Shown here: positions 15,984 to 24,836 of the stretch, piece by piece
Layout of the letters: each line of letters opens with the position of its first letter
Position numbering within the stretch: the stretch's first letter is position 1
Origin: Dickeya dadantii NCPPB 898
Lineage (GTDB): Bacteria; Pseudomonadota; Gammaproteobacteria; Enterobacterales; Enterobacteriaceae
DNA: 32,000 nt
NCBI RefSeq assembly: GCF_000406145.1
Contig: NZ_CM001976.1
Location: 3,011,337-3,043,336, forward strand
Reading direction: 5' to 3'
The notes under the pieces: model-generated
What the model saw: the letters and a program-made list of their open reading frames with translations, nothing else
What the model was told of the DNA's origin: nothing
Databases searched by the model: none
Program-made: the position numbers and the translations under genes

Positions 15984-17309
15984 ATGAACTTGCCAGCAAT
16001 GCCGATCACCACTACGACTGATGCAAGCACAACTGCGCCTCAGGGGAATTCTTTACTTGCGCTGCTGGGCAAAGACCAGCTACCGGAAAATTTTGTTCAG
16101 TTGCTCTCGCAGAAACTGTCATCGGCACAGTCCGCCAAAAAGACCATTATCAGCGATCAGGAAAGCGCCGATCTCAAAGACGCACTGGCAAAAAGCGGCA
16201 TTGAAGCAAACAGTGACGAATTGAATGCCATCCTGGGCGCCTTGACTAAAGGCACCTTGACGCTGGCTGACTTGCAATCAGGCAATTCTCTTGAATCGCT
16301 GCTGGCCAAGGCTCAGAAAAAAGTCAGTGCAAAGGACGAGAAAACGACTGATAACGATGCGCTGGCTATGCAGGCGTTGTTTGCCATGATTCCGGTACAA
16401 ACTACGGCTCAGACAAAAGCGGTAACGGAAGGTACGGCATCCAACTCGTCTTTATCCGACGCGTTGAGCGAGTTGAAAAACGGCAAGACCAGCAACAGCG
16501 TTTTGAGCTCGTTGCTGAACTCGGCGAAAACCGACGACGCATCGTCACAAGATAAATTTACGCTGAATGGATCCGCAACGGCGGATAGTACGGCCGCATC
16601 ATCCCTGGCTGCCGCAGGTACCTCTGCCGCCGCCAAAAATAACGGGCTGCAGGTAGAGGCTGACCAAGCCAAAGATAGCTCCCTGCTGGCATCCCGTAAG
16701 GAAGACAGCGCCAGTAATCCGATAGCGGCATCCGCGCCGGCCGATGCCGGCGCCAACTCGTCATTGCACACGCTGTCGTCACTGTTCGCCAACAATGCCA
16801 CGCCAACGCAACCTGCCGCCCAGCACGTAACCAGCCAGATCAATGCGCCGTTGGGTACGCAACAGTGGAATGATGCGCTGGGTCAGCAGATCGTGATGTT
16901 TAGCCGTAACGGTCAGCAGACTGCAGAACTGAAACTTCACCCGGAAGAGTTGGGCTCACTGCATATCATGCTGAAAATCGAAGACAATCAGGCGCAGATT
17001 CACCTGGTTTCCGGTAGCAGCCAGGTGCGCTCCGCACTGGAGTCCGCACTCCCCCACTTGCGCAGCGCGATGGCCGAGAGCGGCATCAACCTGGGACAAA
17101 GCAGCGTAGGGTCGGATGCCAGCAGTTGGCAGCAGTCACAGCAGCAAGTGGCAAGCAACGCCAATGGTAACGGCGGCGGCAACGCCTCGTCTTATCAGCA
17201 GCAATTCGGCCAATCTGAGCATAACGCCGCCGAAGTTGAACCACTGGCGGTACCGGCACGGCTACAGTCAATGGCAACGGGTATTAATGGCGTTGATATC
17301 TTTGCCTAA
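15984..17309 (+). CDS. fliK: Flagellar hook-length control protein FliK (441 aa)
   Basis: The N-terminal and central regions are Ala/Ser/Gln-rich and look disordered. The conserved C-terminal T3S4-type domain is present (QQWNDALGQQIVMFSRNGQQTAELKLHPEELGSLHIMLKIEDNQAQIHLVS...VRSALESALPHLRSAMAESGINLG). It sits between fliJ and fliL. Confidence 0.9.
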   Translation: MNLPAMPITTTTDASTTAPQGNSLLALLGKDQLPENFVQLLSQKLSSAQSAKKTIISDQESADLKDALAKSGIEANSDELNAILGALTKGTLTLADLQSGNSLESLLAKAQKKVSAKDEKTTDNDALAMQALFAMIPVQTTAQTKAVTEGTASNSSLSDALSELKNGKTSNSVLSSLLNSAKTDDASSQDKFTLNGSATADSTAASSLAAAGTSAAAKNNGLQVEADQAKDSSLLASRKEDSASNPIAASAPADAGANSSLHTLSSLFANNATPTQPAAQHVTSQINAPLGTQQWNDALGQQIVMFSRNGQQTAELKLHPEELGSLHIMLKIEDNQAQIHLVSGSSQVRSALESALPHLRSAMAESGINLGQSSVGSDASSWQQSQQQVASNANGNGGGNASSYQQQFGQSEHNAAEVEPLAVPARLQSMATGINGVDIFA

Positions 17310-17374
17310 TGAAGAAGTTAACGCTTTTTTTATTGTTTATTCATTGTATTGAAGCGGTGAATAGGCGGGATAAT

Positions 17375-17386
17375 CGTGATATCACG
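17375..17386. promoter_or_regulatory. 12-bp perfect palindrome CGTGATATCACG in the fliL upstream region (candidate operator or FlhDC-box core)
   Basis: It is flanked by imperfectly symmetric A/T-rich arms (GGGATAAT ... CATTTATC) and lies about 60 nt upstream of the fliL start. The fliL operon is class 2 in E. coli/Salmonella. The match to the published FlhD4C2 consensus is only loose. Confidence 0.35.
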
Positions 17387-17442
17387 CATTTATCTAATAG
17401 CTGCCTTTGCCATTAGATACTGATAAATAACAGGATATATCA

Positions 17443-17931
17443 TTGGCTACGTCTAATAAGAAAGCCCAGTCAGGCGGTAATAAGAGGTCCCTCTGGCTGA
17501 TACTCTTGATTGTTATCGCCCTGGCAGCCACTGCCGCAGCGGGTGCTGGCTGGTGGTTATTGAGTCATAAAAAAACCGAAATGGCAGCCAGCGAGCCGCC
17601 TCCGCCGCCTGCGCCGGTATTTATGCCGTTGGATACATTCACCGTTAACCTGTTATCTGCGGATAACAACCCGGATCGGGTGCTGTATGTGGGGATCACC
17701 CTGCGACTGCCGGATGAAGCGACTCGTGCGCGCCTGACCAACTATCTGCCGGAAATTCGCAGTCGTTTGATTATGCTGTTTTCTCGTCAGAGCTCGTCTG
17801 TTCTGGCAACGGAACAAGGCAAGCAAAAACTGGTTGAAGATATCAAGCAGGTATTAAGCCCACCGCTGGTTCCTGGACAACCTAACCAGGTAGTCAGCGA
17901 TGTCCTGTTCACTGCTTTCATTTTGCGGTAA
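17443..17931 (+). CDS. fliL: Flagellar basal-body-associated protein FliL (162 aa), TTG start
   Basis: [16 protein letters not shown] (TM helix), [13 protein letters not shown]...[39 protein letters not shown] and [12 protein letters not shown] are colinear with E. coli FliL. The start codon is TTG at 17443, preceded by AGGA at 7 nt. Confidence 0.9.
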   Translation: MATSNKKAQSGGNKRSLWLILLIVIALAATAAAGAGWWLLSHKKTEMAASEPPPPPAPVFMPLDTFTVNLLSADNNPDRVLYVGITLRLPDEATRARLTNYLPEIRSRLIMLFSRQSSSVLATEQGKQKLVEDIKQVLSPPLVPGQPNQVVSDVLFTAFILR

Positions 17932-17936
17932 TCATT

Positions 17937-18953
17937 ATGGGTGACAGCATTCTTTCACAGGCAGAGATTGACGCTCTGCTAAACGGTGACAGTAGCGATA
18001 ATAGCGCTGATGCCAGCAACGCTGCTTCGCAGAAAGACGGGGATGTCAAACCCTACGATCCCAATACACAACGGCGCGTCATTCGTGAACGTCTGCAGGC
18101 GCTGGAGATCATCAACGAACGTTTTGCACGTCAGTTCCGCATGGGGCTGTTCAACCTGCTTCGTCGTAGCCCGGATATTACCGTCGGGGCCATCAAGATT
18201 CAGCCGTATCATGAGTTTGCGCGTAACCTGCCGGTTCCGACCAACCTCAACCTGATACATCTGAAGCCTCTGCGCGGCACGGCGCTGTTTGTGTTCTCCC
18301 CCAGCCTGGTCTTCATTGCCGTTGACAACCTGTTCGGCGGCGACGGTCGTTTCCCCACCAAGGTTGAAGGTCGTGAGTTTACGCATACCGAGCAGCGTGT
18401 TGTGCGCCGGATGCTTAAACTGGCGCTCGAATCCTACAGTGATGCCTGGAATGCGATTTACAAGCTAGATGTGGAATACGTGCGTTCGGAAATGCAGGTA
18501 AAATTCACCAACATCACTACATCGCCCAACGATATCGTGGTGACAACCCCTTTCCATCTGGAAATCGGGACTCTGACCGGCGAATTCAGTATCTGTATTC
18601 CCTTCTCCATGATTGAGCCTTTACGCGAATTGCTGGCCAACCCGCCGTTGGAGAACTCGCAGCAGGAAGATCAGCACTGGCGTGAAACACTGGCAAAACA
18701 GGTACAGCACTCGGAGCTGGAGCTGGTTGCCAACTTTGTTGATATACCGGTTCGACTGTCAAAGGTTTTGAAACTCAAACCCGGAGATATTTTGCCGATT
18801 GATAAACCTGAACGCCTGGTGGCTCATGTTGATGGTGTGCCAGTATTGACCTGTCAATACGGTACGTTAGATGGCCAATATGCCTTGCGTGTTGAACACT
18901 TGATTAATCCAATTTTAAATTCTCTGAATGACGAGGAACCGCTCAATGAGTGA
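17937..18953 (+). CDS. fliM: Flagellar motor switch protein FliM (338 aa)
   Basis: MGDSILSQAEIDALLNG (the CheY-P binding N-terminus), RVIRERLQALEIINERFARQFRMGLFNLLRR and LIHLKPLRG are canonical FliM sequence. Confidence 0.97.
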   Translation: MGDSILSQAEIDALLNGDSSDNSADASNAASQKDGDVKPYDPNTQRRVIRERLQALEIINERFARQFRMGLFNLLRRSPDITVGAIKIQPYHEFARNLPVPTNLNLIHLKPLRGTALFVFSPSLVFIAVDNLFGGDGRFPTKVEGREFTHTEQRVVRRMLKLALESYSDAWNAIYKLDVEYVRSEMQVKFTNITTSPNDIVVTTPFHLEIGTLTGEFSICIPFSMIEPLRELLANPPLENSQQEDQHWRETLAKQVQHSELELVANFVDIPVRLSKVLKLKPGDILPIDKPERLVAHVDGVPVLTCQYGTLDGQYALRVEHLINPILNSLNDEEPLNE

Positions 18954-19362
18954 CATCAAGAAACCGTCCGAAGAAACGGATTCCGTGGACGATCTGTGGG
19001 CTGATGCATTTAACGAGCAGCAGTCGGCAGAAAAAAGCGCGCCGGGTGGTACCGAAGGTATCTTCAAGAACTTTGATGTGCAGGACACTCAGGGTTCAAT
19101 GCAGGATATCGATCTGATTCTGGATATTCCGGTCAAACTAACGGTAGAACTCGGCCGCACCAAAATGACCATCAAAGAGTTGCTGCGTTTGTCGCAGGGC
19201 TCCGTGGTCGCGCTGGATGGCCTGGCCGGTGAGCCGTTGGATATCATGATTAACGGGTATCTGATTGCTCAGGGTGAAGTAGTCGTCGTCTCTGACAAGT
19301 ATGGCGTACGTATTACCGATATTATTACGCCGTCAGAACGTATGCGCAGGTTAGGCCGTTAA
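18946..19362 (+). CDS. fliN: Flagellar motor switch protein FliN (138 aa)
   Basis: MSDIKKPSEE...DIDLILDIPVKLTVELGRTKMTIKELLRLSQGSVVALDGLAGEPLDIMINGYLIAQGEVVVVSDKYGVRITDIITPSERMRRL matches FliN. The ATG at 18946 overlaps the fliM stop (ATGAGTGA). The ORF-track start at 18928 was rejected. Confidence 0.96.
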   Translation: MSDIKKPSEETDSVDDLWADAFNEQQSAEKSAPGGTEGIFKNFDVQDTQGSMQDIDLILDIPVKLTVELGRTKMTIKELLRLSQGSVVALDGLAGEPLDIMINGYLIAQGEVVVVSDKYGVRITDIITPSERMRRLGR

Positions 19363-19778
19363 TGACGGGTACCGCACAACAGACTGTCTCTACGATTCAG
19401 CAGCCGCCCGCGGCTGCTGAATCCGTTATTTCCGGCGGTGCGCTATTGTCGCAAATCGGCACCGCCTTGTGCGGTGTGCTGTTGTTGATCTTGCTGGTCG
19501 CCTGGCTGCTACGAAAACTGGGCATCGCGCCCCAGATAAAAAGCAGTAATGTTATGAAAGTGGTGTCGTCTTGCGCGGTCGGGCAGCGTGAACGTATCGT
19601 AATTGTTGAAGTTGACGATACCTGGCTTGTATTAGGGGTAACGGCTCAGCAGATCACCCATTTGCATACCCTGCCCGCGCGCCCTGTTGGCAATGCGACA
19701 TCGGCAGAAAAAATTGCGCCAGCCGATTTTCTCAAGTTTCTCAAGAAAGCGACCACGCGTCCGGAAAAAACCGAATGA
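19362..19778 (+). CDS. fliO: Flagellar biosynthesis protein FliO (138 aa)
   Basis: It has a single TM helix ([20 protein letters not shown]) followed by [40 protein letters not shown]. It lies between fliN and fliP, with TAATG and ATGA coupling at its two ends. Confidence 0.85.
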   Translation: MTGTAQQTVSTIQQPPAAAESVISGGALLSQIGTALCGVLLLILLVAWLLRKLGIAPQIKSSNVMKVVSSCAVGQRERIVIVEVDDTWLVLGVTAQQITHLHTLPARPVGNATSAEKIAPADFLKFLKKATTRPEKTE

Positions 19779-20551
19779 GTACCACCCTGCGTCCGACTTC
19801 TTTCTCTGCATGGCTGCGTCTGCTACGTTATCCTGCGGCTTCTATTCTGTTGTTGATCGCACCCCACGCACTGGCACAACTTCCCGGTATTATCAGCCAA
19901 CCCTTGGCCAATGGCGGACAGAGCTGGTCATTGCCGATTCAAACGCTGGTTTTCATCACATCGCTGAGCTTTATTCCGGCTGTATTGCTGATGATGACCT
20001 GTTTTACCCGTATCATCATCGTCCTGAGCCTGCTGCGCAACGCATTGGGAACGCCAACCGCGCCGCCCAACCAGGTGTTGCTGGGACTTAGCCTGTTTCT
20101 GACTTTTTTTGTGATGTCGCCGGTGCTGAACCGCATCTATGACGAAGCTTATCGCCCGTTCAGCGAAGATAAAATCAGTATGGAAGTGGCTATCGAGAAA
20201 GGCTCACAGCCGTTGCGTGAATTTATGCTCCGGCAGACTCGGGAAGCGGACTTAGCCTTGTTTACCCGTCTGGCGCAAATTCCTTCACTGCAAGGCCCGG
20301 AAGCGGTTCCGATGCGGGTACTGGTACCGGCGTATGTTACCAGTGAGCTGAAAACCGCCTTTCAGATCGGTTTTACGATTTTCATTCCTTTCCTGCTGAT
20401 CGACCTGGTTGTCGCCAGTGTGCTGATGGCGCTGGGTATGATGATGGTTCCCCCGGCCACCATCTCGTTACCATTCAAGCTGATGCTCTTCGTGCTGGTT
20501 GACGGGTGGCAATTGTTGCTGGGGTCGCTGGCCCAGAGTTTCTATACTTAG
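19775..20551 (+). CDS. fliP: Flagellar export gate protein FliP (258 aa)
   Basis: [56 protein letters not shown] and [33 protein letters not shown] are canonical FliP sequence. Confidence 0.97.
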   Translation: MSTTLRPTSFSAWLRLLRYPAASILLLIAPHALAQLPGIISQPLANGGQSWSLPIQTLVFITSLSFIPAVLLMMTCFTRIIIVLSLLRNALGTPTAPPNQVLLGLSLFLTFFVMSPVLNRIYDEAYRPFSEDKISMEVAIEKGSQPLREFMLRQTREADLALFTRLAQIPSLQGPEAVPMRVLVPAYVTSELKTAFQIGFTIFIPFLLIDLVVASVLMALGMMMVPPATISLPFKLMLFVLVDGWQLLLGSLAQSFYT

Positions 20552-20594
20552 TCGGTGCGGTTACTGCTGTTCACCACGTCAGAGGAATGCCCGT

Positions 20595-20864
20595 ATGACT
20601 CCTGAATCCGTCATGGCTTTAGGCTATGAAGCAATGAAAATAGCGCTGATGCTGGCAGGCCCTCCTCTTGTCGCCGCACTGGTCAGCGGCCTGATTATCA
20701 GCCTGCTCCAGGCCGCCACACAAATCAACGAAATGACCCTGTCATTCATACCCAAAGTGCTGACAGTGTTTTTCACGTTGGTGGTTGCCGGCCCCTGGAT
20801 GCTCAGCGTCATTCTTGATTATATGCGCACAATGTTCAGCCAATTCCCCAACATGATTGGATAA
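20595..20864 (+). CDS. fliQ: Flagellar export gate protein FliQ (89 aa)
   Basis: [54 protein letters not shown] matches FliQ. An AGAGGA SD lies at 20581-20586. The ORF-track start at 20499 lies inside fliP and was rejected. Confidence 0.96.
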   Translation: MTPESVMALGYEAMKIALMLAGPPLVAALVSGLIISLLQAATQINEMTLSFIPKVLTVFFTLVVAGPWMLSVILDYMRTMFSQFPNMIG

Positions 20865-20866
20865 AC

Positions 20867-21649
20867 ATGGTCACCCTCAGCAGCATCGACATGATCGGTT
20901 GGTTTAACCAGTTTTTCTGGCCACTGGTCAGGATCCTCGCGCTTATTAGCACCGCGCCTATCTTTAGTGAACGTTCTATCACTCGTCGGGTAAAGATCGG
21001 ACTAGGAGTGCTGATCACCATTGTCATTACGCCGAGTATCCCTCACACCTCGATTCCAGTATTTTCCGCCGCCGGTATCTGGATGCTATTCCAGCAGGTG
21101 TTGATAGGCGTGATGCTGGGTTTCGCCATGCAACTGGCGTTTGCAGCTATCCGTCTGGCCGGTGATATTATCGGCCTGCAGATGGGACTTTCGTTTGCTA
21201 CCTTCTTTGACCCCAGCGGCGGCCCGAATATGCCGGTGATCGCCCGGCTCATGAACTTGCTGGCGTTGCTACTTTTTCTGAGCATGAATGGGCATCTATG
21301 GCTGATATCGCTACTGGTCGACAGTTTTCACACCATCCCCATCAGTGCCGAACCTATCAGCGGTAATGTATTTATGACTCTGGCCGAGGCTGGCGGAAGG
21401 ATATTTTCTAACGGGCTGATGCTTGCCCTGCCACTCATCACACTACTGCTGACTATCAATATGGCGCTTGGCTTATTAAGCCGGCTCGCACCACAGCTAA
21501 CCATCTTCGCTATCGGCTTCCCCATCACCCTCTTCGCCGGAATCATCACCGTGGGCTTTCTCATCTTCCTGCTCTCGCCTTATGCAGAAAAACTGTTTGG
21601 TGAAACCTACGATCTGCTGGCTGACTTATTGAGCCGCTTTGTCGGGTAG
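20867..21649 (+). CDS. fliR: Flagellar export gate protein FliR (260 aa)
   Basis: This polytopic membrane protein ([20 protein letters not shown]..., [14 protein letters not shown]) is the last gene of the fliL operon by synteny. Confidence 0.95.
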   Translation: MVTLSSIDMIGWFNQFFWPLVRILALISTAPIFSERSITRRVKIGLGVLITIVITPSIPHTSIPVFSAAGIWMLFQQVLIGVMLGFAMQLAFAAIRLAGDIIGLQMGLSFATFFDPSGGPNMPVIARLMNLLALLLFLSMNGHLWLISLLVDSFHTIPISAEPISGNVFMTLAEAGGRIFSNGLMLALPLITLLLTINMALGLLSRLAPQLTIFAIGFPITLFAGIITVGFLIFLLSPYAEKLFGETYDLLADLLSRFVG

Positions 21650-21663
21650 CCCGCTCATTTTTT
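21630..21663 (+). terminator. Weak candidate terminator at the fliR 3' end
   Basis: TGAGCcG (21630-21636) pairs with CcGCTCA (21651-21657) with one mismatch, followed by T6 (21658-21663). It overlaps the fliR stop codon. The stem is short and imperfect. Confidence 0.3.
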
Positions 21664-21736
21664 CCGTTCTTCCCTGTATCTTCCCGACGACGTATCCCAA
21701 ATTACCTGATTCGCATCGCATCGAAAAATACGCAGC

Positions 21737-21772
21737 AAAAAAAAGCATGTCATCTTATGAAGGATGACATGC
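21737..21772 (-). terminator. Rho-independent terminator of flgL
   Basis: GCATGTCATC (21745-21754) pairs with GATGACATGC (21763-21772), a perfect 10-bp stem with an 8-nt loop. On the minus strand a T8 run (21737-21744) follows it. It lies about 55 nt after the flgL stop. Confidence 0.8.
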
Positions 21773-21825
21773 CAAAAAGAATACGCCCGGTTTAAGCGTA
21801 TCCAAATACGGTTCGCTATTCCGTT

Positions 21826-22755
21826 TTATTTATTCAGTTGGAACAGCGAAAGACTCTGCATATCGCTAAAAGCCTTGTATGACGCCTGCAGAGACTGTTG
21901 TTGCATCATATACGTGGAGATGGTCGCAACCATATCGATGTCAACCAAGTCGCTCAGTGTCTGTTTGTTCGCCGTAGTACGATCGGTACCAATGCTATCC
22001 AGCGTATCGATTTCCTGCAGCTGAACGCCCAACGTTGCCTGAGCCGACGACACGTTGGTCAGCGCGTTCTTGAGCTCCTGACTGGCTGCGTTGATAGTAG
22101 CGAGATTCGCGTCTTTGACTGCGGTGGTGGCGCCTTCCAGTGGGGTTTCCAGCGCGCTAATCACGCTATCCAGCGCACCGAAGATATCCGCGGTGCCGCC
22201 CGCGTTGTTAAATACGTCGGAACCGATATGCCCGACAGTCATGACACGGTCAGCATCCACCTGCTGGGAAATGGCTTGATTACCACCCACATAGCTAACG
22301 GTGCCGGACGCATTGGTAGTAAACGGCTGAGAGTCGGTCTTGTAGCCGCCGAAAACATAACTGCCATTGCCATCCGTACTGTTAGCCAGATTGAGCAACT
22401 GAGATTTCAGGCCGCGCAGAGACGTTGCGATAAGCTGGCGATCGTTATCATTCTTTGTACCGTCGGCACTTAACAGCGTCGTGCTGGCAGAGGTCAATGC
22501 GGTTGCCACGTTGGTCAGCACGGACAGCTCGCTATTCATACCATTTTCGGCAAAAGTACGCGCCAGCGCATACTGCTCATTCTGAGCCTGCGCCTGGTTA
22601 ACCATAACCGCCTTGGACGCCGCTATCGGATCATCAGAAGGGGTGAGCACACGAGTATTGCTGGCAAGTTGCTGCCCCGTCTTGCTAAAGGCTGATAATC
22701 CATCTGTGACGCCTTGCATACTCTGCTGAAAAATAATACTGGTACTCAGTCGCAT
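21826..22755 (-). CDS. flgL: Flagellar hook-filament junction protein FlgL (HAP3), 309 aa
   Basis: MRLSTSIIFQQSMQGV......QLASNTRVLTPSDDPIAASKAVMVNQAQAQNEQY and the C-terminus SDLVDIDMVATISTYMMQQQSLQASYKAFSDMQSLSLFQ match FlgL. An AAGGA SD is present. Confidence 0.94.
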   Translation of the reverse strand: MRLSTSIIFQQSMQGVTDGLSAFSKTGQQLASNTRVLTPSDDPIAASKAVMVNQAQAQNEQYALARTFAENGMNSELSVLTNVATALTSASTTLLSADGTKNDNDRQLIATSLRGLKSQLLNLANSTDGNGSYVFGGYKTDSQPFTTNASGTVSYVGGNQAISQQVDADRVMTVGHIGSDVFNNAGGTADIFGALDSVISALETPLEGATTAVKDANLATINAASQELKNALTNVSSAQATLGVQLQEIDTLDSIGTDRTTANKQTLSDLVDIDMVATISTYMMQQQSLQASYKAFSDMQSLSLFQLNK

Positions 22756-22787
22756 AACTTATTCCTTACTATTTTACCGTCACAAAT

Positions 22788-24710
22788 TTAGCTACGGATC
22801 GCCAACAGGGCATCAAAGATCGTCGAAGCAGTCTGGATTACCTTGGCATTCGCCATGTAATACTGCTGGAAACGAACCAGGTCACCATACTCTTCGTCCA
22901 GGTTGACACCAGATACAGACTGTTGCTCAGTAGTCAGTTGCGACACCACATTTTTCTGCGAGGTATCGGTAACCTTGGCGGTGCTGGTTTTGTTGCCGAT
23001 ATCCCCGACCAGGCTGGCATAAGCCTGACTGACACTGGATTTGTTCTCGACAACCTTAGTAGTTTGCAGATTCAACAACGCTTTGGCGTTGGTGTTATCA
23101 CTCACGCCGCCACCAGTTGACGTCAACGAGACGCCGGCCGCTGCAATCTTGGATGAATCCGTCACTTTTACCGACATATCCACGATAACATCGCGAACAC
23201 CCTTGACCGTAAAAAGGTCTTTCGCTGCCGGCGTACCAGAGATATCCAGTTTCATGCCGTCAAAAATCAGGTTGGCCGATGTCGAGCCGCTGGCGGCGGT
23301 ATACGTCGCAGAGGAAGACAGGTCAGCTCCATCCGACAAGCGCGTGACCGACCAGTCATTAGCTGACGGACCAACGAATTTGACGCTATAGTCGCTCGCC
23401 TTGATGTAATTGGTGTCGTTACGGGTCAGTGAGGCAGCGGAAGTAGAGCCTGTCGGGGCAGTCTGCGAAATTGCTGATTGTCCCGGTGATACTTTGAAAC
23501 TGAAAGTATCGCCTGATGCGGCCGAACCGGAAATATCGATAGTGAAACCATCAAAGGTCAATGCGGAGCCTGACAGGGTTGAGGCGGCTGTCGTACCGTC
23601 AGAGCGGGTAACACTCCAGGACGTCCCGTTGTACTGCATCGAGTAAGTATCGCTCAGGTAGGAAGAGGTCAACTCGGTAGCGGACGTATTTTTGGCACTC
23701 TTTAACGTGACGGATGAGCCAACGCCAAAGAAATCCCCACCCTGCGCGTTGTTCAGGTCGAACCCGGCTTTGTGCTGCTGGTTGAAAGCATCGGCAAACG
23801 CCAGCGCCATCTGTCCCAACTGATTGCGGGCGCTATCCAGCGTACTGGTGCGGAAACTGAGCAAACCGCCGAGAGAGCCACCGGTGATGGTGCTTTCTTT
23901 CACTTCGCTCGCACCGGCAATCGCATCGTTATAAGAAACGGTGGTGCGAGTCGGGTCGGTGCTGGATTGGGTCGCAACCAGCGTATTGTAGCTTTTGCCC
24001 TGAACCAGGGTCAGGCCATTTTTCAGTGAGACGTTGTAAACGTCGCCGTCCTGAACCGCCACATCCACACCAACCAACTTATTCAAGTCATTAACCAGGT
24101 TATCGCGCTGGTCCAGCAGATCATTCGGCGCCGCACCGTTATTGGCACCTTTCAGACGAACAATCTGATCGTTGATATCAGCAATCTGCTTGGCATAAGT
24201 ATTAACTTGCGTAACGGTGATGGAAATCTCGCCGTTGATATTGCTGTCCATATCGCGCAGGTACTGATCGGCGATCTTGAACTGGTTGACCAAGGCTTCA
24301 GCTTTACCCAGCACGGTTTGACGTACTGAGGAGTCGCTGGAATTGCTGGTCAGGTTCTGTAGGTTTTTGAAGAAATCCTGAATCGTGGTGGACAGGCTGG
24401 ATGAGCTGCTCGACAACAAGTTATCTATCTTGGAGATCTGACTGTAATACGACGTGGTCGAGCTGCTTGTTGTTTGTGCTGCACGTAATTGTTTAGCAAT
24501 AAAATCGTTGTAGTCACGATTGATGCTGACGACGGTGACCCCATTGCCAATGTAACCGGCGGAAATATTGGTGCCGTTGTTCTGTGCCAACAGTGCATTT
24601 TGACGGCTATACCCTGTAACAGCCTGGTTACTGATGTTGTTACTGACGGTACTTAACGCCGCCTGGGCAGCGCTTAAACCACTCATTCCGGTGTTAATCA
24701 GATTGGACAT
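22788..24710 (-). CDS. flgK: Flagellar hook-filament junction protein FlgK (HAP1), 640 aa, longer than the ~550-aa E. coli/Salmonella form
   Basis: MSNLINTGMSGLSAAQAALSTVSNNISNQAVTGYSRQ and the C-terminus VSGVNLDEEYGDLVRFQQYYMANAKVIQTASTIFDALLAIRS are canonical FlgK sequence. An AAGGAA SD is present, and a sigma-28 promoter lies upstream. Confidence 0.94.
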   Translation of the reverse strand: MSNLINTGMSGLSAAQAALSTVSNNISNQAVTGYSRQNALLAQNNGTNISAGYIGNGVTVVSINRDYNDFIAKQLRAAQTTSSSTTSYYSQISKIDNLLSSSSSSLSTTIQDFFKNLQNLTSNSSDSSVRQTVLGKAEALVNQFKIADQYLRDMDSNINGEISITVTQVNTYAKQIADINDQIVRLKGANNGAAPNDLLDQRDNLVNDLNKLVGVDVAVQDGDVYNVSLKNGLTLVQGKSYNTLVATQSSTDPTRTTVSYNDAIAGASEVKESTITGGSLGGLLSFRTSTLDSARNQLGQMALAFADAFNQQHKAGFDLNNAQGGDFFGVGSSVTLKSAKNTSATELTSSYLSDTYSMQYNGTSWSVTRSDGTTAASTLSGSALTFDGFTIDISGSAASGDTFSFKVSPGQSAISQTAPTGSTSAASLTRNDTNYIKASDYSVKFVGPSANDWSVTRLSDGADLSSSATYTAASGSTSANLIFDGMKLDISGTPAAKDLFTVKGVRDVIVDMSVKVTDSSKIAAAGVSLTSTGGGVSDNTNAKALLNLQTTKVVENKSSVSQAYASLVGDIGNKTSTAKVTDTSQKNVVSQLTTEQQSVSGVNLDEEYGDLVRFQQYYMANAKVIQTASTIFDALLAIRS

Positions 24711-24803
24711 GCTGGGTTCCTTTTACTCTTACTCATGCACAGACAGGAAAGTACCTATTGCCGGGCACAAAAAGATATCGCCGTTATAAATTAACTTGTA
24801 TAG

Positions 24804-24830
24804 CTATCGGCAGGCGGGCTGAAAACTTGA
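24804..24830 (-). promoter_or_regulatory. Sigma-28 (FliA) class 3 promoter of flgKL
   Basis: The minus strand reads TCAAGTTT-N11-GCCGATAG (7/8 and 7/8 to TAAAGTTT-N11-GCCGATAA). It lies in the 126-bp flgJ-flgK gap, where Salmonella also has a class 3 flgK promoter. Confidence 0.75.
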
Positions 24831-24836
24831 GGAGAA

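Noticed and set aside
19687-20091. 134-aa plus-strand ORF spanning the fliO/fliP junction, and the 121-aa extended fliQ ORF start at 20499
   Set aside because: The first is out of frame relative to fliO/fliP. The N-terminal extension of the second lies inside fliP. The homologous, SD-preceded fliQ start is at 20595.
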